The notes below the pieces were generated by a model. It was not told the origin of the DNA. It saw nothing but the letters and a program-made list of their open reading frames with translations, and made no database searches. A stretch of DNA of 22,261 bases from Promethearchaeota archaeon (GTDB lineage: Archaea > Asgardarchaeota > Lokiarchaeia > Sigyniarchaeales > SOKP01): the NCBI GenBank assembly GCA_048938445.1, contig JBHLME010000072.1, positions 1 through 22,261 of the forward strand, given 5' to 3'. Within the stretch, counting starts at the first letter, position 1; every line of letters starts with the position of its first letter. This document shows, piece after piece, positions 1 to 8,162 of the stretch. Both the position numbers and the translations under genes were made by a program.

Positions 1-701
1 AAGGCAACGGCATTCGTAATCTCTCCCGTGGCACTGTCAATGTTGAAATTAATGGTATCATCAATCGAGTAAGAAACTCCGGCAAGATCGGATGCCTCGA
101 CATCTTGATAGAAGGAATCACCAAGCTCAATGACTGCATCGGCAGGGGGGAGAACCCATACAGGATCAGTTCCATCTCCTACGGCAATCGTGATAGTGGC
201 GGAAATGGAGTTGTCATTTCCATCTGTGGCTGTCACGGTGAGCGAGTAGGTGCCAACCGCTAGGGTAACGGCATTCGTAATCACACCCGTGGCACTGTCA
301 ATGGCGAAATTGGTCATATCATCAATCGAGTAAGAAACGCCGGCAAGATCGGACGCCTCGACATCTTGATAGAAGGAATCACCAAGTTCAATGACCGCAT
401 CGACAGGTGGAGCGGTCCATACGGGATCGGTCGTGTCTTGCACGGTGATCGTGATGCTGGCAGAAATGGAATTGTCATTTCCATCTGTGGCTGTCACGGT
501 GAGCGAATAGGTGTCAACCGCTAGGGCAACGGCATTCGTAATCACACCCGTGGCACTGTCAATGGCGAAATTGGTCGTATCATCAATTGAATAAGTGATT
601 GGAAGAGAAGGATCAGTAGCTTCAACATCTTGATAGAAAGAATCACCAAGCTCAATTGTATCACTGATAGGTGCAATTGTCCATACAGGAGGAGTATTGT
701 C
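1..701 (-). repeat. Intragenic tandem repeats (264/261 nt; 88/87 aa) encoding cadherin-like Ig domains: R1 701-438, R2 437-177, R3 176-<1
   Basis: The anchor ACATCTTGATAGAA recurs at 100, 361 and 625. Unit R2 reads DTTDPVWTAPPVDAVIELGDSFYQDVEASDLAGVSYSIDDMTNFAIDSATGVITNAVTLAVGTYSLTVTATDGNDNSISATITIAVG, with the cadherin-like motifs AxD, F-x-ID-xx-TG-x-I and Y-x-L-x-V-x-A-x-D. Confidence 0.92.
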
Positions 702-3137
702 CGAAACAATGATATAGTCCACTTTTGTCTCAATATCACTATCACCATCGGAATCGGTCACGGTTAATGTTACTGTATATTCTCCTGCTGTCGAGTAAAT
801 ATGAGTTGGATCTTGGTCGGTTGAGGTACCAAGATCTCCAAAGTCCCACGAAAACGATGCTGGAGCATCTCCTTCAGAACCAGTAAACGTGAATAAAACA
901 GATTCACCTTCATTTATTGTAGTTCTATCAGCTACAAAATCTGCGACTGGAATCATATCCTCAGGAGCCATTTGATTTTCAAGTGTCAGAACTAATGGAA
1001 TTATCATCCTTGCGTATTCTCTTTTACAATCAAATTCTGTAAAAATACCAAATACAGATCTTCTAGGAAGAGGTCCTGTTTTTCCGTTTGTCTTTCCGTC
1101 ATTTCCATAAGGCGCCAATTCAGAAAATTCCGCGTTGTCATTCCAATACATTGCAAAATCTCCATTACCAGTACCACCTCCACCATCAAAAAGTTCCCAT
1201 GCTCCTTGATATGGAACAAATGTCCAAGCACCTCCAGAACTTGTATGCACATAAATCCAATCTGGTGCTGGATTTCCATCTCCTACACCAGTACCAGTAC
1301 TTGGATTCACTAAAGATGTATCATCATAATGTCCTGGTACTGGACCATTATCAACTTGAAGATCATCATTATCAATACCATCAGGATCAAGTATCAATGG
1401 CCATGTCTTCCCTTCATCTCTGCATCTTGGCAAATCTGGAAGGCCAGGATCTCCGTTTGGTGCTTGGCCAAGCATGATATAAGATTCAGGATCATTTCTA
1501 CAATTGGCAGTAAGTCGTTGTCCATTAATAAAAGCAAAATGAACGTGTGCTTCAACAACTTGGTCCGGATTCTCTGGGTTTGAATAATCTGTATCTATAG
1601 GAATTGGATCATCATCAACCATACCAGCATAAAATTTCGTTGTTTCATCCATGATTGTCCAAAATTCTTCATATAATACAGGAGCTGCCATCTCCAAACC
1701 AAATACTTGAACTGTAGTTCGATGGAGGATAACTCTGCATGGGCCATCAACAGCCGCCTCATTCGTTGCGCCAGAATGATCAACAACTCCTCGAAGAAAT
1801 GGAGCTATATCTCCAATTATTCTTCCATCATGATCCGCATCGTCATCGTATGCAGCTACAACGACTCCTAAAACGCTTTTATAAGTATCTTCTATCCCAT
1901 TATGGGGTTCCCCACCAAGACCCGTTTGTCTATGACCATTGTCATAAATATCATCTTGTCCAGGAAAAGATTCTATACCTACCAAATCAAGGTCCATTGT
2001 GATACCGTAACCAATAGACGTAGTTTGTTCATTATATATAATGTCAGCCCAATTTCCCTCTCTCCAAATATCTCCACTTGCTTGTACATCAAAAAGAACT
2101 GTTCCCAGAGCTGATTGTACAATATGAAGGTTAATGGCTATCCATTGTTTATCACCATCTGTAGTAATATCAATAGGAGCATATCCAGGTAATTTAACTG
2201 AAGTCGTTGAAATAATATCCTTATTACTGGGATCTAATTCAAGTTCATAAGTTTTACCAATTACTTTCGTATTTACTGGATCCCAATCAACTAAATCTTC
2301 TCCTCCAGGAGGAATGAAATAGTGAGTTGTAGGAGCTGGAGTTCCAATATCATCATTGAAATATAAGTACATCCAAGTTTGACCCCCATCAACAGGATCC
2401 GTGATATGAATTTCAGTTCTATTTGGATATTCTGCCGCATTCCACCAATTACTCGTATCTACTTTTTGTCCATTTTGGGCATAAAAAACCAACTCATCAT
2501 CATAATCAATACGATGTTCGTGTTGTTCCCAAGGTCCACCTGGAGCTTCTCTAGGATCTAAAGTTGGCTCAGGATCAGGAACTCCGGGATCTTTTGTTAG
2601 ATCACGAGGATCCCACCCTTCTGCGAGTTTTGTTGGCCAAAATCCCACTTCACATTCATATTTTGTTGGTTCTTTATAAGGATCTCCGGGTTGGGCATCT
2701 ATATCTTTCCCTACATAACGATGCTCTGCAACGTAATAACCCCAATTACTTATATCTACATCCGTAATGGATATTAAACTTAAAGCTGCTTGGGAACCTT
2801 GTATATATGTAAATCTTCTAAAATATGCTTTTTCATCAAGTTGAAATGGTACTAATTCCCATTGATTTTCCATTGAATAATAAGCAATCCTAATATTATC
2901 TACATGATGTTCACTCAAAATTGTCCATAAATCCTCAGCAGTCTCATTACTTACAATAACAGGATAATCTGATCGAGTAAAATTTGGATCTAAAGCAAGA
3001 AATATTTGATCAAAGTTAAAAATATAATCACTATCTTCATCATTCACTTCAGGTTTTAAAATAATCCCCATTAACAAAATTTGAAATATCAGAGAGAATA
3101 TTATCAAAAGAGAAATTGTTTTTTTATTGTTCCTCAT
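1..3137 (-). CDS. Large secreted/cell-surface protein (putative adhesin): N-terminal signal/TM segment, ~700-aa uncharacterised acidic domain, PKD domain, >=3 cadherin-like repeats; 3' end lies outside the window
   Basis: Manual translation from ATG 3137 (preceded by AAGTGA-N7) is open for 1045 codons to the window edge: MRNNKKTISLLIIFSLIFQILLMGIILKPEVNDEDS...IPVADFVADRTTINEGESVLFTFTGSEGDAPASFSWDFGDLGTSTDQDPTHIYSTAGEYTVTLTVTDSDGDSDIETKVDYIIVSDNTPPVWT.... It is absent from the ORF track, presumably because no stop falls within the window. Confidence 0.93.
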   Translation of the reverse strand, partial: MRNNKKTISLLIIFSLIFQILLMGIILKPEVNDEDSDYIFNFDQIFLALDPNFTRSDYPVIVSNETAEDLWTILSEHHVDNIRIAYYSMENQWELVPFQLDEKAYFRRFTYIQGSQAALSLISITDVDISNWGYYVAEHRYVGKDIDAQPGDPYKEPTKYECEVGFWPTKLAEGWDPRDLTKDPGVPDPEPTLDPREAPGGPWEQHEHRIDYDDELVFYAQNGQKVDTSNWWNAAEYPNRTEIHITDPVDGGQTWMYLYFNDDIGTPAPTTHYFIPPGGEDLVDWDPVNTKVIGKTYELELDPSNKDIISTTSVKLPGYAPIDITTDGDKQWIAINLHIVQSALGTVLFDVQASGDIWREGNWADIIYNEQTTSIGYGITMDLDLVGIESFPGQDDIYDNGHRQTGLGGEPHNGIEDTYKSVLGVVVAAYDDDADHDGRIIGDIAPFLRGVVDHSGATNEAAVDGPCRVILHRTTVQVFGLEMAAPVLYEEFWTIMDETTKFYAGMVDDDPIPIDTDYSNPENPDQVVEAHVHFAFINGQRLTANCRNDPESYIMLGQAPNGDPGLPDLPRCRDEGKTWPLILDPDGIDNDDLQVDNGPVPGHYDDTSLVNPSTGTGVGDGNPAPDWIYVHTSSGGAWTFVPYQGAWELFDGGGGTGNGDFAMYWNDNAEFSELAPYGNDGKTNGKTGPLPRRSVFGIFTEFDCKREYARMIIPLVLTLENQMAPEDMIPVADFVADRTTINEGESVLFTFTGSEGDAPASFSWDFGDLGTSTDQDPTHIYSTAGEYTVTLTVTDSDGDSDIETKVDYIIVSDNTPPVWTIAPISDTIELGDSFYQDVEATDPSLPITYSIDDTTNFAIDSATGVITNAVALAVDTYSLTVTATDGNDNSISASITITVQDTTDPVWTAPPVDAVIELGDSFYQDVEASDLAGVSYSIDDMTNFAIDSATGVITNAVTLAVGTYSLTVTATDGNDNSISATITIAVGDGTDPVWVLPPADAVIELGDSFYQDVEASDLAGVSYSIDDTINFNIDSATGEITNAVA
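705..953 (-). other. PKD domain within the large surface protein
   Basis: Typical PKD signature: PVADF...V-x-F...SFSWDFGDLGTSTDQDPTHIYSTAGEYTVTLTVTD. Confidence 0.9.
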
Positions 3138-3204
3138 TTTTCTTTCACTTTTTAATATGTTGGAAAGTTTAGAAAATTTTTAAATTAGATTTCATTTTTT
3201 AAAA

Positions 3205-3237
3205 ATAGATCAGATCAACTGATCAGATCTGATCTAT
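3205..3237. promoter_or_regulatory. Perfect 12-bp inverted repeat with 9-nt spacer, containing five GATC sites; candidate operator
   Basis: ATAGATCAGATC (3205-3216) - AACTGATCA - GATCTGATCTAT (3226-3237), with GATC at 3208, 3213, 3221, 3226 and 3231. It lies between two divergent genes. Confidence 0.7.
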
Positions 3238-3255
3238 ATATTTAACAATAAAATA

Positions 3256-3271
3256 TTTTTAAATCTTTCCC
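3256..3271 (-). promoter_or_regulatory. Archaeal BRE + TATA box for the surface-protein gene
   Basis: The minus strand reads GGGAAAGA-TTTAAAAA (purine-rich BRE followed by TATA). The implied start site near 3233 overlaps the inverted repeat. Confidence 0.5.
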
Positions 3272-3349
3272 AATTCATATTAAATAGTTAATATGAATCT
3301 CTATAAGTTTAAAAATAAAGAGATTACATAGTATTATAGAAATAATAAC

Positions 3350-4060
3350 TTGGTGGTCTTAGTTACAAAGGAGAGAAATAACTCAATTGAATATGAATTC
3401 GAAATTCTAGAATATATTAAAAATAATCCTAGCGGTGTATCTATAACCGATATTGCAAATGAAAAACGATATTCTAGGAATACAGTTGCTAAATATGTCT
3501 CTATACTTGAACTTAAAAAATTAATTTTTAAAAAAAAAGTTGGCTCATCTTTATTATTATATAGTATCAGAAATAGTCATTTACCATACTCTCTTATACT
3601 TTCATATTATAAAATGATTTTAAAAGGATTGAAACAATTTTATCCTTTAGATAAGGAAAAAATGAAGGAAATAGGAAAACAAGGAGCTAAAGATATTAAA
3701 TTTGTATTTACACCAAAAATTTTAAAACAATTAAGGGGATATAATAAAACACCCATTACAGAACTACATATTGAGATATTCAAAAATTTTTATAGTTCAT
3801 TTGATGTTCTTCAACCAGAAGTAAAAATTTCTGTAATTGAACAAGATAATACGAAAGAACGAGTCGTTTTAAGATTTAGTAACTCAATTTTTTTAGATAA
3901 ATCAGATGACTTAATCTATCATGTTTATTTTGTTTGTGGAATCGCGGAATATAGAATCAGTAAGGTATTAAATAAACTAGTCAGAGTTGATCTTGAAAAA
4001 ATTCATATTGATAAAAAAGCGGAGTATTCATATTTTGATCTCTCAATCGAATCATTATAA
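3350..4060 (+). CDS. Winged helix-turn-helix transcriptional regulator with a C-terminal V4R/4VR-like putative ligand-binding domain
   Basis: The N-terminal EILEYIKNNPSGVSITDIANEKRYSRNTVAKYVSILELKKLIFKKKVGSSLLLY fits the wHTH pattern. The C-terminal alpha/beta region with EIGKQGA and YFVCGIAE resembles the V4R fold (inference). The start codon (TTG 3350 or GTG 3353) is uncertain. Confidence 0.8.
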   Translation: MVVLVTKERNNSIEYEFEILEYIKNNPSGVSITDIANEKRYSRNTVAKYVSILELKKLIFKKKVGSSLLLYSIRNSHLPYSLILSYYKMILKGLKQFYPLDKEKMKEIGKQGAKDIKFVFTPKILKQLRGYNKTPITELHIEIFKNFYSSFDVLQPEVKISVIEQDNTKERVVLRFSNSIFLDKSDDLIYHVYFVCGIAEYRISKVLNKLVRVDLEKIHIDKKAEYSYFDLSIESL

Positions 4061-4236
4061 AAATATATTTAGATTTAACTTTTTAATCAAAAATAATCAT
4101 TTTTCTCATAAATCCTCTCTATTTCAAATAAAATTACACTAGAACTATTTAAAGTTAATTTTATTTATTATCAAATTTTCTTGAAAATTGAGTTCAACTT
4201 AAAGAAGTCTTAAAGAATAAATTAAATAATGAGTAT

Positions 4237-4258
4237 AAAAAAAAAATAAATAAAAAAA
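4237..4258 (-). terminator. Oligo-T tract, probable archaeal intrinsic terminator of the aor operon
   Basis: The minus strand reads TTTTTTTATTTATTTTTTTTTT, starting 8 nt after the ferredoxin stop codon. Confidence 0.45.
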
Positions 4259-4266
4259 GCTTATTT

Positions 4267-4803
4267 CTATGTTTCTTCTAATAAATCTGCAAAAAGTTTT
4301 TTTGCAGCCTCTATTCTAGTCTCTTCTCCGATTTGGGCGACGTTTTTAAGGGAAATTGCTTCTTTCGGACAAACTGCAATACACTGTGGCTCTTTTTTTC
4401 CTACATCTGGATCGATGAACTCTTCCTTCATGTTCTCACATAGATCACATACTAATGCCTTTTGAGAGGATATGTGCAAAGACATAACCCCAAAATCACA
4501 TGCTCGAACACAAAATCCACACCCATTACACTTGTCAGCGTCTACTATTATGGATCCTTCTTCATCTTTATCAAGTGCTTTTTCAGGACAAGATCGAATA
4601 CAAGGAGCATCCTCACATTTTTGACACGCAAGAGCAACATTTAAAATGGGTTCAATTCTTATCCTATGAATTCTAGTATTAATGGGGTTGAATTCACCAT
4701 CATGCACGAAAGAGCAGACAGATTCACACGTCTCACATCCTGTACAGAGATCAGGATTAACAATTATAAATTGATGTAGTTTCTGTTTTTTTTTTGGTGC
4801 CAT
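4267..4803 (-). CDS. 4x[4Fe-4S] electron-transfer subunit (DmsB/CooF/HydN-like), partner of AOR
   Basis: Four Cys groups: CTGCETCESVC, CQKCEDAPCIRSCP, CNGCGFCVRAC, CDLC...PQCIAVCP. Its ATG directly abuts the AOR stop codon (TAAATG). Confidence 0.93.
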   Translation of the reverse strand: MAPKKKQKLHQFIIVNPDLCTGCETCESVCSFVHDGEFNPINTRIHRIRIEPILNVALACQKCEDAPCIRSCPEKALDKDEEGSIIVDADKCNGCGFCVRACDFGVMSLHISSQKALVCDLCENMKEEFIDPDVGKKEPQCIAVCPKEAISLKNVAQIGEETRIEAAKKLFADLLEET

Positions 4804-6720
4804 TTACTTCTTACCTCCTAATTTTCCAATTACAAAATCCAATCCTAATTTTTTTAAGGTAGCATCAGTTGGAATTCCTGTTTCTTTATCCCATCCTCGT
4901 GCTTCATAATATCCACTTAAAACAGTTTGATACCCTTTTTCATCAAGCGTAAAACCTTTGGCTGGCCCTTTAGTGTGAGCTTCTTTAAAGAATCTTTCTG
5001 GAGGATGATCATCCGCTCTCGTAGCCCCTTCCCTAATATTGAAGCATTTTGAGAGAGTTACGATCGCATCTCCTCTGATGTTGATTGAATCTCCTGTTGC
5101 AGGAATACCTGTCACTAGCTCATAAACCTTTGCCATTTCATCATCATTTTCATAAATTCCTCTCGTGAATTTACAAATAATGTATGAATCTACAATAGCA
5201 TATATATCTTCAGTTTCTTTAATCTTTTTTCCGCGTTCTAATGGTTTATCATATCCAAACCTATCAAAAGTACCTTTTGCATCTAATCCATAAGCACCAT
5301 TTCTTAAATGACAAGCGCCCCTGATTGATACACTTTCTCCTACTGCAAAGGAGGTCATTCCATGAATATCAAATGCAGGCATTTCTAAACCCTTAATTTG
5401 CATTCCATAATAGCTCGCATTTTTTTTACCCATTTCCTCCAATCTTTCACCTGCCGCTTTACACCCATCACCAAAAATCTTTCCAGGAAAACCCTTTCCA
5501 AGTATCATTTCTTCATTAAATCTCACTAAGTTCACAGTTGATCCAAAAGGCAATTCATATCCTAAATCTTCTTTAGTTATGAGTCCTTCTTCGAATAAGT
5601 CACAAGCCATTGAACAAGTAACACCTCCAGAAATTGCGTCAATTCCAAGATCATCACATTGTTGAACACATTTAAATACAGTTGGCCAGTCTGAACACCC
5701 CGTATTTGTACCATATGAATAACACATTTCCACATCAATAGATGAAAACAAATTTGGCCAATGAGGATGAGTTTTTGGAACTTTTGCAATATGATCACAT
5801 GCGATGGAACATTGAGAGCATGCTACTTTTTTTACAATCCAGTCCTCGTTTAGAGTATCTCCTGTAAAAGTGCCATCATCAATTTTTTCCCAGGTACCTT
5901 CATGATAATTTCTTATAGGCATCATTCCAAGTTTATTATAGCTAGTAAGTCCTGCAGGTGTTCCAAGATCACGATATTTAGCTGTTGCAGGACCATTAGC
6001 TACTTTGATGAGTTTTTTAGCTAACTTATAAAATTCAACTGGTTGAGCAACTTTTATACTCTTAGTTCCTCTAAAAGCTACAGCTTTAAGATTCTTGGAA
6101 CCCATGACTGACCCCATTCCCGTCCTTCCTGCTTGACGATTCCTGTCATTAGTAATACACCCCAATCTTGACATTCTTTCTCCTGCGGGTCCTATTGACA
6201 TTACAGCTAACCTTTGATCTTGAAATTCTTCCCTCAAGATTTCCTCAGTTTCCCAGGTTCCCTTTCCCCATAATAAGTCCTTGCAAGGAACTAAATATCG
6301 ATCATCATCATCAACAACCATATATACTGGTTCTGGGGCCTTACCTTTAAACACTATCATATTAATTCCAGCCCTTCTGGCTTGAGCACCAACCGATCCT
6401 GATGAAATCGCCATGCCAAACATTCCTGTTAAAGGTGATTTCGCAAAAACACCATATTTTGATGAAGTTGGTAAAATGGTTGTAGGAAAAGGACCATGTG
6501 CATAAACAAAGACATTTTCAGGACTGAGAGGATCAATTCCTGGTTTTAACTCGTCCCATAAAACCTTTGCTCCAAATCCATATCCTCCAATCCAATCACG
6601 GCAAAATTCCTTTGATAATTCACTCTCTTTTATAGTTCCATTAGTTAAATCGACATCGAGCCTAACTTGGGAATAACCTTCGATTTTTTCGGGTATTGGT
6701 ATTTCCTTTGTTTTACTCAT
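4804..6720 (-). CDS. aor: Tungsten-dependent aldehyde:ferredoxin oxidoreductase family protein
   Basis: Family motifs: GIDPLSPEN, AKSPLTG, IGPAGE, AGRTGMGSVMGSKNLKAV, CSQCSIAC, DDLGIDAIS, GACH, FNIREG, YYEARGWD..G.PT. The start is placed at ATG 6720 (GAGTGA RBS-like motif upstream) rather than GTG 6729. Confidence 0.95.
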   Translation of the reverse strand: MSKTKEIPIPEKIEGYSQVRLDVDLTNGTIKESELSKEFCRDWIGGYGFGAKVLWDELKPGIDPLSPENVFVYAHGPFPTTILPTSSKYGVFAKSPLTGMFGMAISSGSVGAQARRAGINMIVFKGKAPEPVYMVVDDDDRYLVPCKDLLWGKGTWETEEILREEFQDQRLAVMSIGPAGERMSRLGCITNDRNRQAGRTGMGSVMGSKNLKAVAFRGTKSIKVAQPVEFYKLAKKLIKVANGPATAKYRDLGTPAGLTSYNKLGMMPIRNYHEGTWEKIDDGTFTGDTLNEDWIVKKVACSQCSIACDHIAKVPKTHPHWPNLFSSIDVEMCYSYGTNTGCSDWPTVFKCVQQCDDLGIDAISGGVTCSMACDLFEEGLITKEDLGYELPFGSTVNLVRFNEEMILGKGFPGKIFGDGCKAAGERLEEMGKKNASYYGMQIKGLEMPAFDIHGMTSFAVGESVSIRGACHLRNGAYGLDAKGTFDRFGYDKPLERGKKIKETEDIYAIVDSYIICKFTRGIYENDDEMAKVYELVTGIPATGDSINIRGDAIVTLSKCFNIREGATRADDHPPERFFKEAHTKGPAKGFTLDEKGYQTVLSGYYEARGWDKETGIPTDATLKKLGLDFVIGKLGGKK

Positions 6721-6771
6721 GTTTTTCACTCATTTTTTAATGAACAGTAATTAATATTATGTTATGATGTA

Positions 6772-6787
6772 TTTTAAAATTCCCTTA
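6772..6787 (-). promoter_or_regulatory. Archaeal BRE + TATA box upstream of aor
   Basis: The minus strand reads TAAGGGAA-TTTTAAAA about 52 nt upstream of ATG 6720. Confidence 0.45.
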
Positions 6788-6825
6788 TTTTATAATATTA
6801 ATTTCGATTATTATCAAATATTTAC

Positions 6826-6852
6826 AAAGTCGATAGCCAAATTATCGATTTT
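6826..6852. promoter_or_regulatory. Imperfect palindrome upstream of the aor promoter; candidate transcription-factor site
   Basis: AAAgTCGATA-GCCAAAT-TATCGAtTTT, with a related weaker dyad TTCGAT-TATT-ATCAAA just downstream on the minus strand (~6803-6818). Confidence 0.35.
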
Positions 6853-6880
6853 AAATAGCTCATGATCAAATCATATTTTA

Positions 6881-8116
6881 TTATTTTTTTTCTTGATTTC
6901 TATTCTGTTGTCCTATTTTTCCCATTTGAATCATAATCCATTCAGGTGTAAATATACCGTTAGCAAGTTTATTCCAAAAATAAAACAAAAAGCCTAAAAA
7001 TCCAATATAGCATAGACATATAAATGGAAAATAATAGATCGGGAATTGTCCTACATATAATGTAATAAAAACAAAATGAAATAGATAGAGACTTAATGAA
7101 ATATTTCCATAAAATATTATCATTTTAACAAATACATTTTTCTTCTTTTTTATATCAATGAAATAAAAAAAGATTGCAATTATTGTCAATGCTGCTCCTA
7201 AATTATACCACATGTTCGAAAAAGTACTTCTTATCAAGAAAATAGGCACTCCTGTCCATATCATGAAAGGTTGTTGATTAATAAAATCACTTAATAAAGC
7301 AACTTGCGGGTACAATATTTTAAAAACTAAATTTGAATCATCAACAAGATACAAACCTGTAATTATTCCAACTATTAGGAAAATGATTCCCCAACCTAAA
7401 AGAATTTTAAAGAGATGGTCATATGATTGTTTTGTTCCTTTTACCATTGCATTGTAGAGATATTCACCGAATATAGAAGATAGAAAACATATCGAAACCC
7501 ATGGTAAAAATGGTACCATTGTATTGGGAGAATTAATCATATAATTTAGTAACCAAAAAACAAAATGGGTATATCTATTTAAAAATAACCATTCTCTTAC
7601 CATCGTTGATGCTAAAATAATTATAATACTTATTAAAATTCGAGAGATCTTACTTAACCTTATAACATAATAACATATAACTTGAGAAAAACCAATAAAC
7701 ATTATAAAATCCCAACCCCATAAACCTAAAGGAAAAGGATATTCAACAGAATTTAATGCATAAGGTATATTTCCTAACAAACCAATTAATCCAAACATGA
7801 CACCTCTTAATAATATACGGTTTCTAATTAATTTCTCAGGCATTCTACCTCTTTTACGCCTAATACTGAAAATAACACTCAAAGCAGAAAGAAAAATAAA
7901 TAAAGAAGGACCAAGAATATCTAAAAAGAGAAAAACTATTCCAAATAAAAAACTCCATTCAGAACTGAACCAAGAAACGGAAACATGTGCTAATATAATG
8001 AATACGATAGCAAAACCTTTTACAAAATCAATACTATCAATACGTTTAGAGGAAACATCTTCTGTAGAAGAGGGAAATATAGGATCGATTGACTTATTTA
8101 GATTTTGTTCATTCAT
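6881..8116 (-). CDS. DUF1624 / HGSNAT-like multi-pass membrane acyltransferase
   Basis: N-terminal RIDSIDFVKGFAIVFIILAH motif, plus FIFLSALS, PFLPW and GNISLSLYLFH; many hydrophobic helices. Confidence 0.8.
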   Translation of the reverse strand: MNEQNLNKSIDPIFPSSTEDVSSKRIDSIDFVKGFAIVFIILAHVSVSWFSSEWSFLFGIVFLFLDILGPSLFIFLSALSVIFSIRRKRGRMPEKLIRNRILLRGVMFGLIGLLGNIPYALNSVEYPFPLGLWGWDFIMFIGFSQVICYYVIRLSKISRILISIIIILASTMVREWLFLNRYTHFVFWLLNYMINSPNTMVPFLPWVSICFLSSIFGEYLYNAMVKGTKQSYDHLFKILLGWGIIFLIVGIITGLYLVDDSNLVFKILYPQVALLSDFINQQPFMIWTGVPIFLIRSTFSNMWYNLGAALTIIAIFFYFIDIKKKKNVFVKMIIFYGNISLSLYLFHFVFITLYVGQFPIYYFPFICLCYIGFLGFLFYFWNKLANGIFTPEWIMIQMGKIGQQNRNQEKK

Positions 8117-8162
8117 GTTTACTATTAAAGAGAATTAATATATAATATTTTAGAAAAAATTT

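Noticed and set aside
1-701. Repeats as a DGR template/variable pair or a CRISPR array
   Set aside because: The differences are not confined to adenines, the units are in-frame 261/264-nt protein domains with no spacers, and there is no reverse transcriptase or cas gene in the window.
542-2767. Track ORFs 542..748, 1004..1279, 1088..1477, 1329..1583, 1595..1786, 1739..2002, 1902..2114, 2379..2561, 2564..2767
   Set aside because: All are antisense or alternative-frame shadows of the continuous <1..3137 minus-strand gene. Their H/Q/Y/L-rich composition is what GAT/GGT/GAA-rich codons produce when read on the other strand.
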